A stretch of 64,000 nt of DNA from Fidelibacterota bacterium (GTDB taxonomy: Bacteria > Fidelibacterota > Marinisomatia > Marinisomatales > Marinisomataceae). Where the stretch lies: the NCBI GenBank assembly GCA_965212055.1, contig OZ243041.1:352001-416000 (forward strand), in the 5' to 3' direction. The notes below the pieces were generated by a model. It had not been told where the DNA came from. It saw only the letters and a program-made list of their open reading frames with translations, and did not search any database. How positions within the stretch are numbered: the stretch's first letter is position 1; each line of letters starts with the position of its first letter. A program made the translations under genes and the position numbers. Below are positions 22,164-30,457 of the stretch, piece after piece.

Positions 22164-23411
22164 ATGTTATTTGAATTTGATGATATAAGAGATCAAAAAG
22201 CTAGAATTAAGGTGCTAGGAGTCGGTGGTGCTGGAGGAAATGCAGTAAATAGAATGATTACATCAGGAATGGAAGGAGTAGATTTCATTGCGATTAATAC
22301 TGATTTCCAAGATTTAGATACTAATCATGCTGAGACAAAAATCCAGATTGGAAGAGACCTTACCAAAGGTTTGGGAGCAGGTGCAAAACCAGATATTGGT
22401 CGTAAAGCAATGCTAAATGATCAAGAACATGTTCAATCACTTGTCGCTGGATCTGACCTAGTTTTTGTGACTGCTGGTATGGGAGGCGGTACTGGGACAG
22501 GTGCTGCGCCTGTTGTTGCAAAAGTATGTAAAGACTTAGGGATTCTTACAGTTGCAATTGTAACCTTACCCTTTAATTTTGAAGCACCGAAGAGAATGTC
22601 AAGGGCTTTACAAGGAGTTTCAATATTAAGAAATTTTTGTGATACACTAATCGTTATTCCTAACGAAAGACTAAAATCAGTTACTAAGAGAGAGACAACT
22701 GCGAAAGATGCATTTAAAATGTCTGACTCAATATTATTGCAAGCAGCACAAGGAATATCGGACTTAATTAATCAGCGAGGAGAAATTAATTTAGACTTTG
22801 CTGATGTTGAGAGTGTAATGCGAGGAATGGGTGATGCAGTGATTGGTTCAGGTATTGCAAGAGGACAAGAAAGAGCTGTTTTAGCTGCTCAGCAAGCAAT
22901 ATCTAGTCCATTGTTAGATACACAATCAATTAGTGGAGCAAAAGGAGCCATTGTTAATATTACAGCAAATGAAGATATGAAACTGGAAGAACTTTCAGCT
23001 GCTACAAAAATCATCTTTGAAGAAGCAGGAAAAGATGTAAATCTAATCTCTGGGTATGTTCTTGATAAAAATATGGGAGATGAATTAAAAGTAACTGTTA
23101 TTGCTACAGGCTTTAATTCAAAACCAATTGAACAAATGGAAAAATCACAAGATGTATTAAGAGGTAATTATAATAGAAAAAGTGAAGAAATAATGGAGAT
23201 AGAAGATACTCCATTATTTAGAGAAAGTAGTTCTAATAATAGTTCAACTTTTAAGAAGAACGAAGAAATTGATTTAGAAAAAGATGAAGATGGACCGACA
23301 CTTGTGTTCGGAGATGGGCATAATCAAACTCATGAAGCAGATCAGAATCAGAAAGAAAATCAGAAAGATGAATCTGATATACCTGCTTATATGAGAAAAC
23401 AAAATCAATAA
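22164..23411 (+). CDS. ftsZ: Cell division protein FtsZ
   Basis: GVGGAGGNAVN, GGGTGTG, NLDFAD, C-terminal DIPAYMR; SD AAGGAG. Confidence 0.99.
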   Translation: MLFEFDDIRDQKARIKVLGVGGAGGNAVNRMITSGMEGVDFIAINTDFQDLDTNHAETKIQIGRDLTKGLGAGAKPDIGRKAMLNDQEHVQSLVAGSDLVFVTAGMGGGTGTGAAPVVAKVCKDLGILTVAIVTLPFNFEAPKRMSRALQGVSILRNFCDTLIVIPNERLKSVTKRETTAKDAFKMSDSILLQAAQGISDLINQRGEINLDFADVESVMRGMGDAVIGSGIARGQERAVLAAQQAISSPLLDTQSISGAKGAIVNITANEDMKLEELSAATKIIFEEAGKDVNLISGYVLDKNMGDELKVTVIATGFNSKPIEQMEKSQDVLRGNYNRKSEEIMEIEDTPLFRESSSNNSSTFKKNEEIDLEKDEDGPTLVFGDGHNQTHEADQNQKENQKDESDIPAYMRKQNQ

Positions 23412-23437
23412 ATTGGTTGGCTACCGATAAAAGGGAA

Positions 23438-23476
23438 AGGGGCTCCTAGCCAAAATGGCTGGGAGCCCCTCTTTAA
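23438..23476 (+). terminator. Probable intrinsic terminator after ftsZ
   Basis: 15-bp GC-rich stem AGGGGCTCCTAGCCA-aaa-TGGCTGGGAGCCCCT (one G-U pair), then CTTT. Confidence 0.75.
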
Positions 23477-23516
23477 ATTCTTTGCTATATTTATTTTCAT
23501 CTATAAATTCACTTTC

Positions 23517-23855
23517 ATGAACAATCTTTGGGAAGATTTTAAAAAGAGTATATCTGAATGGGGCATAGTCGCCTCTGAAAAAGCAGAAGAGTTTACTCAC
23601 AAAAGCAGACTTCGTCTTGATATTCTTCAATTAGAAAGAAAACTTTCTAGCTTGTATGTAAAATTGGGACTCTATGTATTTAATAAGACTCAGGATAAAA
23701 ATGTTCTAAATTTTGTTGGCGATAAACGTTATTTATCACTAATTAATGATATTGTTGTGATTAAAAAAAGAATTAAAGATAAAAAAGATGAAATTAACAA
23801 TCCTAATCATAAAACATCTGAACCAATGGGTTCAATCGAAGAGGAAAACAAGTAA
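23517..23855 (+). CDS. Hypothetical helical protein
   Basis: 112-aa ORF in operon orientation, helical/coiled-coil character, no family recognised. Confidence 0.7.
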   Translation: MNNLWEDFKKSISEWGIVASEKAEEFTHKSRLRLDILQLERKLSSLYVKLGLYVFNKTQDKNVLNFVGDKRYLSLINDIVVIKKRIKDKKDEINNPNHKTSEPMGSIEEENK

Positions 23856-23857
23856 TT

Positions 23858-24754
23858 ATGAATAAGAAAAAATATTTTTCATTCCATTATCTTTCTTCCA
23901 ATAAATTGCGTCAGATTAATTTTTCACTCTTGGATGTTGCCACTTTTCTTACCGTCCTTTGCATGTTATTCATTGGCATTAATTATTATCTTTCTATCGA
24001 ATTTTCAAGCAACTATTACGAAGGAAAGATAGAAGAAACCAATCAGAAATATTCTGATGTTTCTGAAGAATTATTAAATAAAGTTTCTGAACTCGAAAAA
24101 GATTTAGCATTGTTAGAAGAAAAAGATAGCGAAATGAGAACATATGCTGCATTGCCACCATTAGATGACGATATTAAGAAGATGGGAACAGGTGGATCAA
24201 ATATTGAAGAAATAAATGATGAAAATTCTTCGATGATATTAGATAAATTAAAAAATACGATTGACTCGTTATCATATACTGTGAATTCACAGAAAAATAG
24301 TTATAACACTATTTTTAATAAAATTAAATCAAATGAAAAAATGTATCGTCATATTCCATCTATTATGCCTGTTGAATCTGCATATTTAGGTTCAACTTAT
24401 GGTTATCGAACTGATCCAATAGATGGAAAAAGAAGAATGCACCGTGGACAAGATTTTGCGGTTAACCTAAATACTCCTGTTATTGCAGCAGGTGATGGAG
24501 TTGTAACAAAAGCACAGTATGACTCTGGTTGGGGACGTTATGTGAAAATTGATCATGGTTATGGCTATGAAACAATATATGCCCATCTTTATAAGATTAA
24601 TGTTAAAAAAGGTCAGAAAATCAAACGAGGTGATGTGGTAGGAAAATCTGGTAACAGCGGTAGAGCTGCTGGATTCCATCTCCACTACGAAGTACATAAA
24701 AATAAAAAAGTAGAAGATCCTAAAAAATACTTTTTTATCGGTTATATCAAATAA
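23858..24754 (+). CDS. M23 family metallopeptidase
   Basis: TM, coiled coil, then HRGQD (HxxxD), YAHL and HLHYEV. Confidence 0.92.
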   Translation: MNKKKYFSFHYLSSNKLRQINFSLLDVATFLTVLCMLFIGINYYLSIEFSSNYYEGKIEETNQKYSDVSEELLNKVSELEKDLALLEEKDSEMRTYAALPPLDDDIKKMGTGGSNIEEINDENSSMILDKLKNTIDSLSYTVNSQKNSYNTIFNKIKSNEKMYRHIPSIMPVESAYLGSTYGYRTDPIDGKRRMHRGQDFAVNLNTPVIAAGDGVVTKAQYDSGWGRYVKIDHGYGYETIYAHLYKINVKKGQKIKRGDVVGKSGNSGRAAGFHLHYEVHKNKKVEDPKKYFFIGYIK

Positions 24755-24755
24755 T

Positions 24756-26087
24756 ATGCACAATTCTGAATTAAAAGTGAAACGCTATGCGCTTGAGAGC
24801 TATGGCTGTCAAATGAATATGGCCGATTCAGAGCTTGTCGATGGTATTCTCAAGGATATCGGGTTAAAAAAAACAGAAAATTTAAATGATGCAGATGCTA
24901 TTTTTGTCAATACATGTGCAATTAGAGAGAATGCAGAAAAGAAAATCCATTCTCGTTTAGGGAATTTTCACAAGCTCAAAAAAGAAAAACCACATTTGAT
25001 TATTGGTGTCCTAGGATGTATGGCTCAAAACCTTAAGAATGACTTGCTAAAAAATAAGCCTTATGTTGATATTATTCTTGGTCCAGATTCTTATAGGAAC
25101 CTTCCTCAATTGATGAATCGTCATATGGTGGAAAAGAATAGTATCGTTGATACAAAATTATCAAGATATGAAGTCTATGAAAATTTGTTCCCAAAGAGAA
25201 ACAAAGGTGTTAATGCATGGGTTTCAATTATGAGAGGATGTGATAAATTTTGTTCATTTTGTATTGTACCATTCACGAGAGGAAGAGAAAGAAGTAGAAG
25301 TGTTGAGAGTATTGTTACTGAAGTAAGAAAAGCAGTTGACCAAGGTTTTGTAGAAATAACTTTGTTAGGTCAGAATGTTAATTCATATAAACACGAGAAA
25401 AATTCGTTTGCTGATTTACTTCTTTCTGTTTCAGATATTGATGGAGTACAACGTATTCGTTATACTTCTCCACATCCTCAGGATATTAATGTTGAATTAT
25501 TAGAAGTAATGGCTTCAAGAAAAAATATTTGTAATTATGTTCATTTTCCTATGCAGTCTGGTTCTAACGAAATTTTACAACGTATGAACAGAACATACAC
25601 AAGGGAACATTTTCATTATATGGCTGATACAATAAGAGAAATAATGCCTAATTGTGGATTATCAACTGATATTATTGTTGGTTTTCCTGGTGAGACTGAG
25701 AAACATTTTGAAGAAACGTTAGATTTAATGGAAAAAATAAAATTTAATTCTGCTTTTACCTTTAAATATTCACCTAGGCCATATACAAAAGCTGAACAAT
25801 TTACCGATCAAATTGATGAAACAATCAAAAAAGAACGATTAGACAAACTAATTAATGTTCAAAGGAAACACACTTTAGAATTGAATTCAAAAAAGATTGG
25901 TAAAATTGAAAATGTATTAATAGAGAAAGAAAGCAAAAAATCATCTAATCACTGGGCTGGAAGAACTGACTCAAATGAATGGGTGATTTTAGAAAAAAAT
26001 TCAAGTAAAATTAAAGATATAATTCCGGTAGAAATTGTAGATGCAACAGGAGTAATTTTACATGGAAAGAAAATGGTTGAAGCATAA
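24756..26087 (+). CDS. miaB: tRNA-i6A37 methylthiotransferase MiaB
   Basis: GCQMN, NTCAIRENAE, GCMAQ, radical SAM CDKFCSFC, TRAM domain. Confidence 0.96.
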   Translation: MHNSELKVKRYALESYGCQMNMADSELVDGILKDIGLKKTENLNDADAIFVNTCAIRENAEKKIHSRLGNFHKLKKEKPHLIIGVLGCMAQNLKNDLLKNKPYVDIILGPDSYRNLPQLMNRHMVEKNSIVDTKLSRYEVYENLFPKRNKGVNAWVSIMRGCDKFCSFCIVPFTRGRERSRSVESIVTEVRKAVDQGFVEITLLGQNVNSYKHEKNSFADLLLSVSDIDGVQRIRYTSPHPQDINVELLEVMASRKNICNYVHFPMQSGSNEILQRMNRTYTREHFHYMADTIREIMPNCGLSTDIIVGFPGETEKHFEETLDLMEKIKFNSAFTFKYSPRPYTKAEQFTDQIDETIKKERLDKLINVQRKHTLELNSKKIGKIENVLIEKESKKSSNHWAGRTDSNEWVILEKNSSKIKDIIPVEIVDATGVILHGKKMVEA

Positions 26088-26401
26088 TGTTTAGATTGTT
26101 AAAAATTTTATTTTTCTCAGCATTTCTTGCTGGAACTTTCTTTTGGTTTCGAATGAATAGCGATCCTATTACCATCTATTTTTTTAGAGAAGAAGGTATC
26201 ACAAATGAAGGGTATATAGTAATTGTAGCTCTTATTATGATTGGAATGGTGATAGGATATATCATTTCTTTGAAATCGGTGATTTCTTATCGTTCTGAAA
26301 TTTCTGGTTTGGTAAAGAAAAATAAAGAAGTCTCTGATGAACTTGATAGCTTAAGAAATGTAGCTATCGGTGAAGAATTTAATTTTACTGATAAGGAATA
26401 A
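26087..26401 (+). CDS. LapA-like small membrane protein
   Basis: Two TM segments plus coiled coil ending ELDSLRN, directly upstream of a TPR LapB-like gene. Confidence 0.65.
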   Translation: MFRLLKILFFSAFLAGTFFWFRMNSDPITIYFFREEGITNEGYIVIVALIMIGMVIGYIISLKSVISYRSEISGLVKKNKEVSDELDSLRNVAIGEEFNFTDKE

Positions 26402-27437
26402 CTTTTTGGAAATAACGTATTTCCTCCCTCTAATATTAATTGTTGTGATTCTTATTTTTCTGGTGAATAATAGGAAATCAAAACAGTCTACCGATGTTGA
26501 AGTCTATAATAAAGCGTTAAAAGCTATCATCGATAATAAACATGAAAGAGCTTTTCAAATCTTGAAAGATCTTATTCAAAAAGATTCAAATAATACTGAA
26601 GCATATCTATTGTTAGGGAATCTCCTGAGAGATAGAAACATAAATAAAGCAATCAGAATTCATCAAAGTATTATTGTTAGACCTGGATTATCTAAGCAAA
26701 TGAAAATTCAGATTCATCAAGCTCTTGGATTGGATTATCTAGAAGTTGGTAATATGATTAGAGCAGAGGATGAATTCAAAAACATAATTGACTTAGATTC
26801 CAAAAACATATGGGCTTTAACAATGCTTAAAAATATTTGTATTGATAATCAATCATGGGATAAAGCATTGGATTTAGAAAAAAAGCTGATTAAACATCAA
26901 TCAAAATCGAAAAATGAAGCATCAATGCTGAATTATTTTATTGCAATGGACTACAAAGAGAAAGATAATCAAAAGAAATATATTAATTTTCTTGAGAAAA
27001 GCGTTCTTTCAGAACATGTATACCACGAATCATATCTAGAGCTTGCTAAAGTTTATCAAAAGGAAGGAGATATTGATTTAGCAATAAAAAATCTCATTGC
27101 ATTTGCAGAAAAAGAACCAAAGGCAAGTATTGAAACCTTTAAAGATATTGAGAATATGTTGTTTGAAGAGAATAGGTTTAATGAAATGGAAGCATTATAT
27201 CAAGGCATACTATCTAATATGTTTCATAAGTATGTATTTAATCGCCTTATCGATATTCACCTTGAAAAAAATGACAAAGATGCCGCAGAAGAGCTAATAG
27301 AAAAATTTGCAAAACAATATGAAGGATCTTATATCATTCAATTAAATCGAATAAAACTTAATACTGATGATATTGAGTTAAGAAAATCATTATCTGAAGT
27401 TTGTCATAGCGTTACTCTTAATGAAGATAAAAATTAA
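26370..27437 (+). CDS. LapB-like TPR membrane protein
   Basis: N-terminal TM; EAYLLLGNLLR...KAIRIHQS, ALGLDYL TPR motifs typical of LapB/YciM. Confidence 0.75.
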   Translation: MKNLILLIRNNFLEITYFLPLILIVVILIFLVNNRKSKQSTDVEVYNKALKAIIDNKHERAFQILKDLIQKDSNNTEAYLLLGNLLRDRNINKAIRIHQSIIVRPGLSKQMKIQIHQALGLDYLEVGNMIRAEDEFKNIIDLDSKNIWALTMLKNICIDNQSWDKALDLEKKLIKHQSKSKNEASMLNYFIAMDYKEKDNQKKYINFLEKSVLSEHVYHESYLELAKVYQKEGDIDLAIKNLIAFAEKEPKASIETFKDIENMLFEENRFNEMEALYQGILSNMFHKYVFNRLIDIHLEKNDKDAAEELIEKFAKQYEGSYIIQLNRIKLNTDDIELRKSLSEVCHSVTLNEDKN

Positions 27438-28059
27438 AATAAAAGCAATTTTACTTATTTCTTTGTTTGCTTTCTGTTACGGTCAGAATGCAGATTCAAG
27501 CGTTCTCTATCAAAAAGCAATTAATACTGTTGATGGTGACAAAGCACTAGAAATATATGAGCAGATTATTCAATTAAATGACAATTCTGATTATTATTGG
27601 TTGTCTATTCTGAAAAAAGCTGAATTAAGGTATGCTATAGGATCTTATATCCAGTCTTCTACATTACTTAAAGAATTTAATGTAAATGCTCCTAGCCATC
27701 TTGTGACAGATATTTCAAAAGAATTACTTTATAAGGCATTAACTGCTGCTGGAGAAATTAAAACAGCAAAAGAATATCAGAAAAAATTAAATAAACCAAT
27801 TATTAATCAAAAAAAAGTTCAATCTAATAAGACTTGGTTTATTCAATTTGGTGCATTTGAAAATAAAGAAAATGCTCTTACTCTAAAGAATGCATTGAAT
27901 GAAACAGGAATATCAGATATAACAGTAACTCAGGCATTTAATAGAGGAAAAATGACATATTATGTACGTAGCAAAAGTTTTAAATCTTATGAATCCGCTA
28001 GCAAGAAAGCCGCACAATTAAGAAGATATGATTCTACATTTGCTATTGTAGGTTATTAA
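27421..28059 (+). CDS. Secreted TPR/SPOR-domain protein
   Basis: Signal peptide, helical repeats, SPOR motif WFIQFGAFENKENA. Confidence 0.8.
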   Translation: MKIKIKIKAILLISLFAFCYGQNADSSVLYQKAINTVDGDKALEIYEQIIQLNDNSDYYWLSILKKAELRYAIGSYIQSSTLLKEFNVNAPSHLVTDISKELLYKALTAAGEIKTAKEYQKKLNKPIINQKKVQSNKTWFIQFGAFENKENALTLKNALNETGISDITVTQAFNRGKMTYYVRSKSFKSYESASKKAAQLRRYDSTFAIVGY

Positions 28060-28060
28060 T

Positions 28061-29911
28061 TTATTCTTTAGCAGTTCTGTATAATCCAATAATAATGCAT
28101 ACCAAGATAATAACTCCAATTATATTAGCATAGATTTCATCTGGAAGTGAATATTTTGGTAATGCTTTTTCAAAAAATAATGGAATAGCGATAAATATTG
28201 CCATTAATGCTTCTCCTGTAATTAACCCAGCAGCCATTAGTAATCCATTATTTTTACCTTTTTGTGAAGAAATTTTATTGGCATAGTGATTAATCATCCC
28301 ACCAATAAAGATTGGAAAAGTTAATTCAATTGGAAGATACATTCCAATGGCAACTGCTAAAATTGGAACTCTAAAGTCTGATCCTCTTTTGAGTTGATAC
28401 TGATCGACTAAAATAATTAATAATCCAATGATTGCACCAATACAGATGATTGTCCATTCTAAATTTCCTTCAAAAACCCCTTCAGCTACACTAGCCATCA
28501 ATGTAGCTTGTGGCGCATCTAAAGATGTTTCTCTAGTAACATCTGCAATACCATATGCCCCATCTAAAATCATCAATATAAAACCAAGACTTAGTGCTGC
28601 ACTTATAACCCCTATGACTTGCATAATTTGTTGTTTCCAAGGGGTTGCTCCTACAATATTACCCGTTTTTAGATCCTGTAAGTTATCTCCCCCAATTGCT
28701 GCAGCACAACATACAACAGCTCCCACTAAAATGGCTGCTGCAGCTCCAGATTCTTTACCAAACAAAGCAAGGATTAATAAAGAAGTAAATAGAATTGTAG
28801 CAATTGTTACTCCTGATATAGGATTATTGGATGATCCAACTACTCCAGCCATATATGCTGCTACTGCTGAGAATAAAAACCCAAAAATACACATAGTTAA
28901 TGATAAAATAACAGCTGCTCCCCAGGATTGTATAACATTGAAATAAGTGAGACAGATAGGAACTAGCAAAACAAGGACACCAATAAAAACATAATTAATT
29001 GGTAAATCTCTTTCTTCAAGAGGGACACTATCAGAATCCCTATTTAAAGTTTTTAAACTTAGTTTCATGCTTTCGATAAGCGGTTTAGCAAGTTGAATAA
29101 TAGACCAAATACCTCCGACTACCATTGCACCTACTCCTAAATAACGAATTTTTTTACTCCAAATGTTGTTAGCAGCTTCCCATGCATCTTCGTTGTATAC
29201 ATTTTCTAAATAAGAGTAAATCGGAATACCAATCGCCCAAGATATTAATCCACCTGAAAAAGCTAGAATGCCAATATTCCGTCCTACAATATATCCAACA
29301 CTGATAAGAGAAGGAGATAAGCTAGATCCCATTCCAAAGATTGTATTTTTGATTGTAGTGGCTCCTCCAATCACCTCAGACCAAATATTAAAACCAAATT
29401 TGGTTCCGAGTTTAGCAATTCCTCCAATAAGAGCAGATATTCCAATTATTTTTAAACTATTTGCCGATTTATCTGGATCAGATTCATGTCCTGTTTCTAA
29501 CACTTTTGCTGTTGCAACGCCCTCAGGAAATTTCAGTTTTGCTTTTAAAATTAAAGCACGTCTTAGAGGTACAGTAAATAATACTCCAAGTATACCACCC
29601 ATCATTGCGATCTTGGTTACTTCCCAAGCATCAATACTGTCCCAATATCCAATGATTACCAAAGCAGGTATGGTAAAAATAACTCCAGCGGCTAAGGATT
29701 CTCCAGCAGACGCTGCAGTTTGTACAATATTGTTTTCTAAAATATTTGAATTCCGAAATAATCGTAAAATTCCCATCGATACAATTGCTGCTGGAATAGA
29801 TGCAGAGACGGTCATGCCTGCATACAATCCTAAATATGCCATTGCAGCAGAAAGAACGATTGAAAGGATTATACTTAAAAATATGGCTTTGACAGTTATC
29901 TCATTTTTCAT
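28061..29911 (-). CDS. OPT family oligopeptide transporter
   Basis: YLGLYAGMTVSASIPAA, ENNIVQTAASAGES, FPEGVA, SSNNPISG, DNLQDLKTG, APQA. Confidence 0.93.
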   Translation of the reverse strand: MKNEITVKAIFLSIILSIVLSAAMAYLGLYAGMTVSASIPAAIVSMGILRLFRNSNILENNIVQTAASAGESLAAGVIFTIPALVIIGYWDSIDAWEVTKIAMMGGILGVLFTVPLRRALILKAKLKFPEGVATAKVLETGHESDPDKSANSLKIIGISALIGGIAKLGTKFGFNIWSEVIGGATTIKNTIFGMGSSLSPSLISVGYIVGRNIGILAFSGGLISWAIGIPIYSYLENVYNEDAWEAANNIWSKKIRYLGVGAMVVGGIWSIIQLAKPLIESMKLSLKTLNRDSDSVPLEERDLPINYVFIGVLVLLVPICLTYFNVIQSWGAAVILSLTMCIFGFLFSAVAAYMAGVVGSSNNPISGVTIATILFTSLLILALFGKESGAAAAILVGAVVCCAAAIGGDNLQDLKTGNIVGATPWKQQIMQVIGVISAALSLGFILMILDGAYGIADVTRETSLDAPQATLMASVAEGVFEGNLEWTIICIGAIIGLLIILVDQYQLKRGSDFRVPILAVAIGMYLPIELTFPIFIGGMINHYANKISSQKGKNNGLLMAAGLITGEALMAIFIAIPLFFEKALPKYSLPDEIYANIIGVIILVCIIIGLYRTAKE

Positions 29912-29948
29912 AATATCAACTTACAGATTTTTAATTTTTATAAACAAT

Positions 29949-30098
29949 ATGAAAAAAAATAATAAAAAATTAACACTTGGAGCAGCAACTGGAATTGGAG
30001 TTGGAGTAGGTACTGCACTTGGTGTTGCTTTCGATAACCTATCTTTAGGGATTGCTTTAGGAGTCGCTATTGTAATGGGTATTTCTCTTGCCTCATGA
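29949..30098 (+). CDS. 49-aa glycine-zipper small membrane protein
   Basis: MKKNNKKLTLGAATGIGVGVGTALGVAFDNLSLGIALGVAIVMGISLAS; ATGA overlap with the next ORF. Confidence 0.7.
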   Translation: MKKNNKKLTLGAATGIGVGVGTALGVAFDNLSLGIALGVAIVMGISLAS

Positions 30099-30403
30099 AA
30101 AACAAATTAATTTCACTAATCACTTTGTTTGGTTTAATGATGATAAATTTTCAAGTCTATCATCAACACGAATTTAATTCAACAGACAAATACATTTGCA
30201 ATCAAGAATGTGTAGATCTTATAAGCAATAAAGATTCACATAATTGTGATTTCTGTAAATTTGGTTTTACTAAGTATGTTTCTAATGTTGATAAATTTGT
30301 AACTCATGATTCTTTTTCAAATTATTCTTTTTTGAGAAATTTAAATTTTGTTTCTTATAAATCTGTTCATACAATTCCTAATAAATCTCCCCCTTTAGTA
30401 TAG
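30095..30403 (+). CDS. DUF2946/CruR-like leader protein (signal sequence, HxH, CxxC, C-terminal KSPP)
   Basis: Hydrophobic N-terminus, YHQH, HNCDFC, ends PNKSPPLV; lies immediately upstream of a TonB-dependent receptor. Confidence 0.7.
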   Translation: MKNKLISLITLFGLMMINFQVYHQHEFNSTDKYICNQECVDLISNKDSHNCDFCKFGFTKYVSNVDKFVTHDSFSNYSFLRNLNFVSYKSVHTIPNKSPPLV

Positions 30404-30457
30404 CAACCTAATATTCATATTATATTTTTGTTAAACTAATTTTTCTAAGGAGAAAAA

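Noticed and set aside
29268..29948. 276-aa plus-strand ORF 29268-30098
   Set aside because: Mostly antisense to the OPT gene; only the last 49 codons from ATG 29949 look real.
30404..30457. Cobalamin or TPP riboswitch ahead of the TonB receptor
   Set aside because: The gap is only 54 nt, very AT-rich, and lacks the conserved aptamer motifs.
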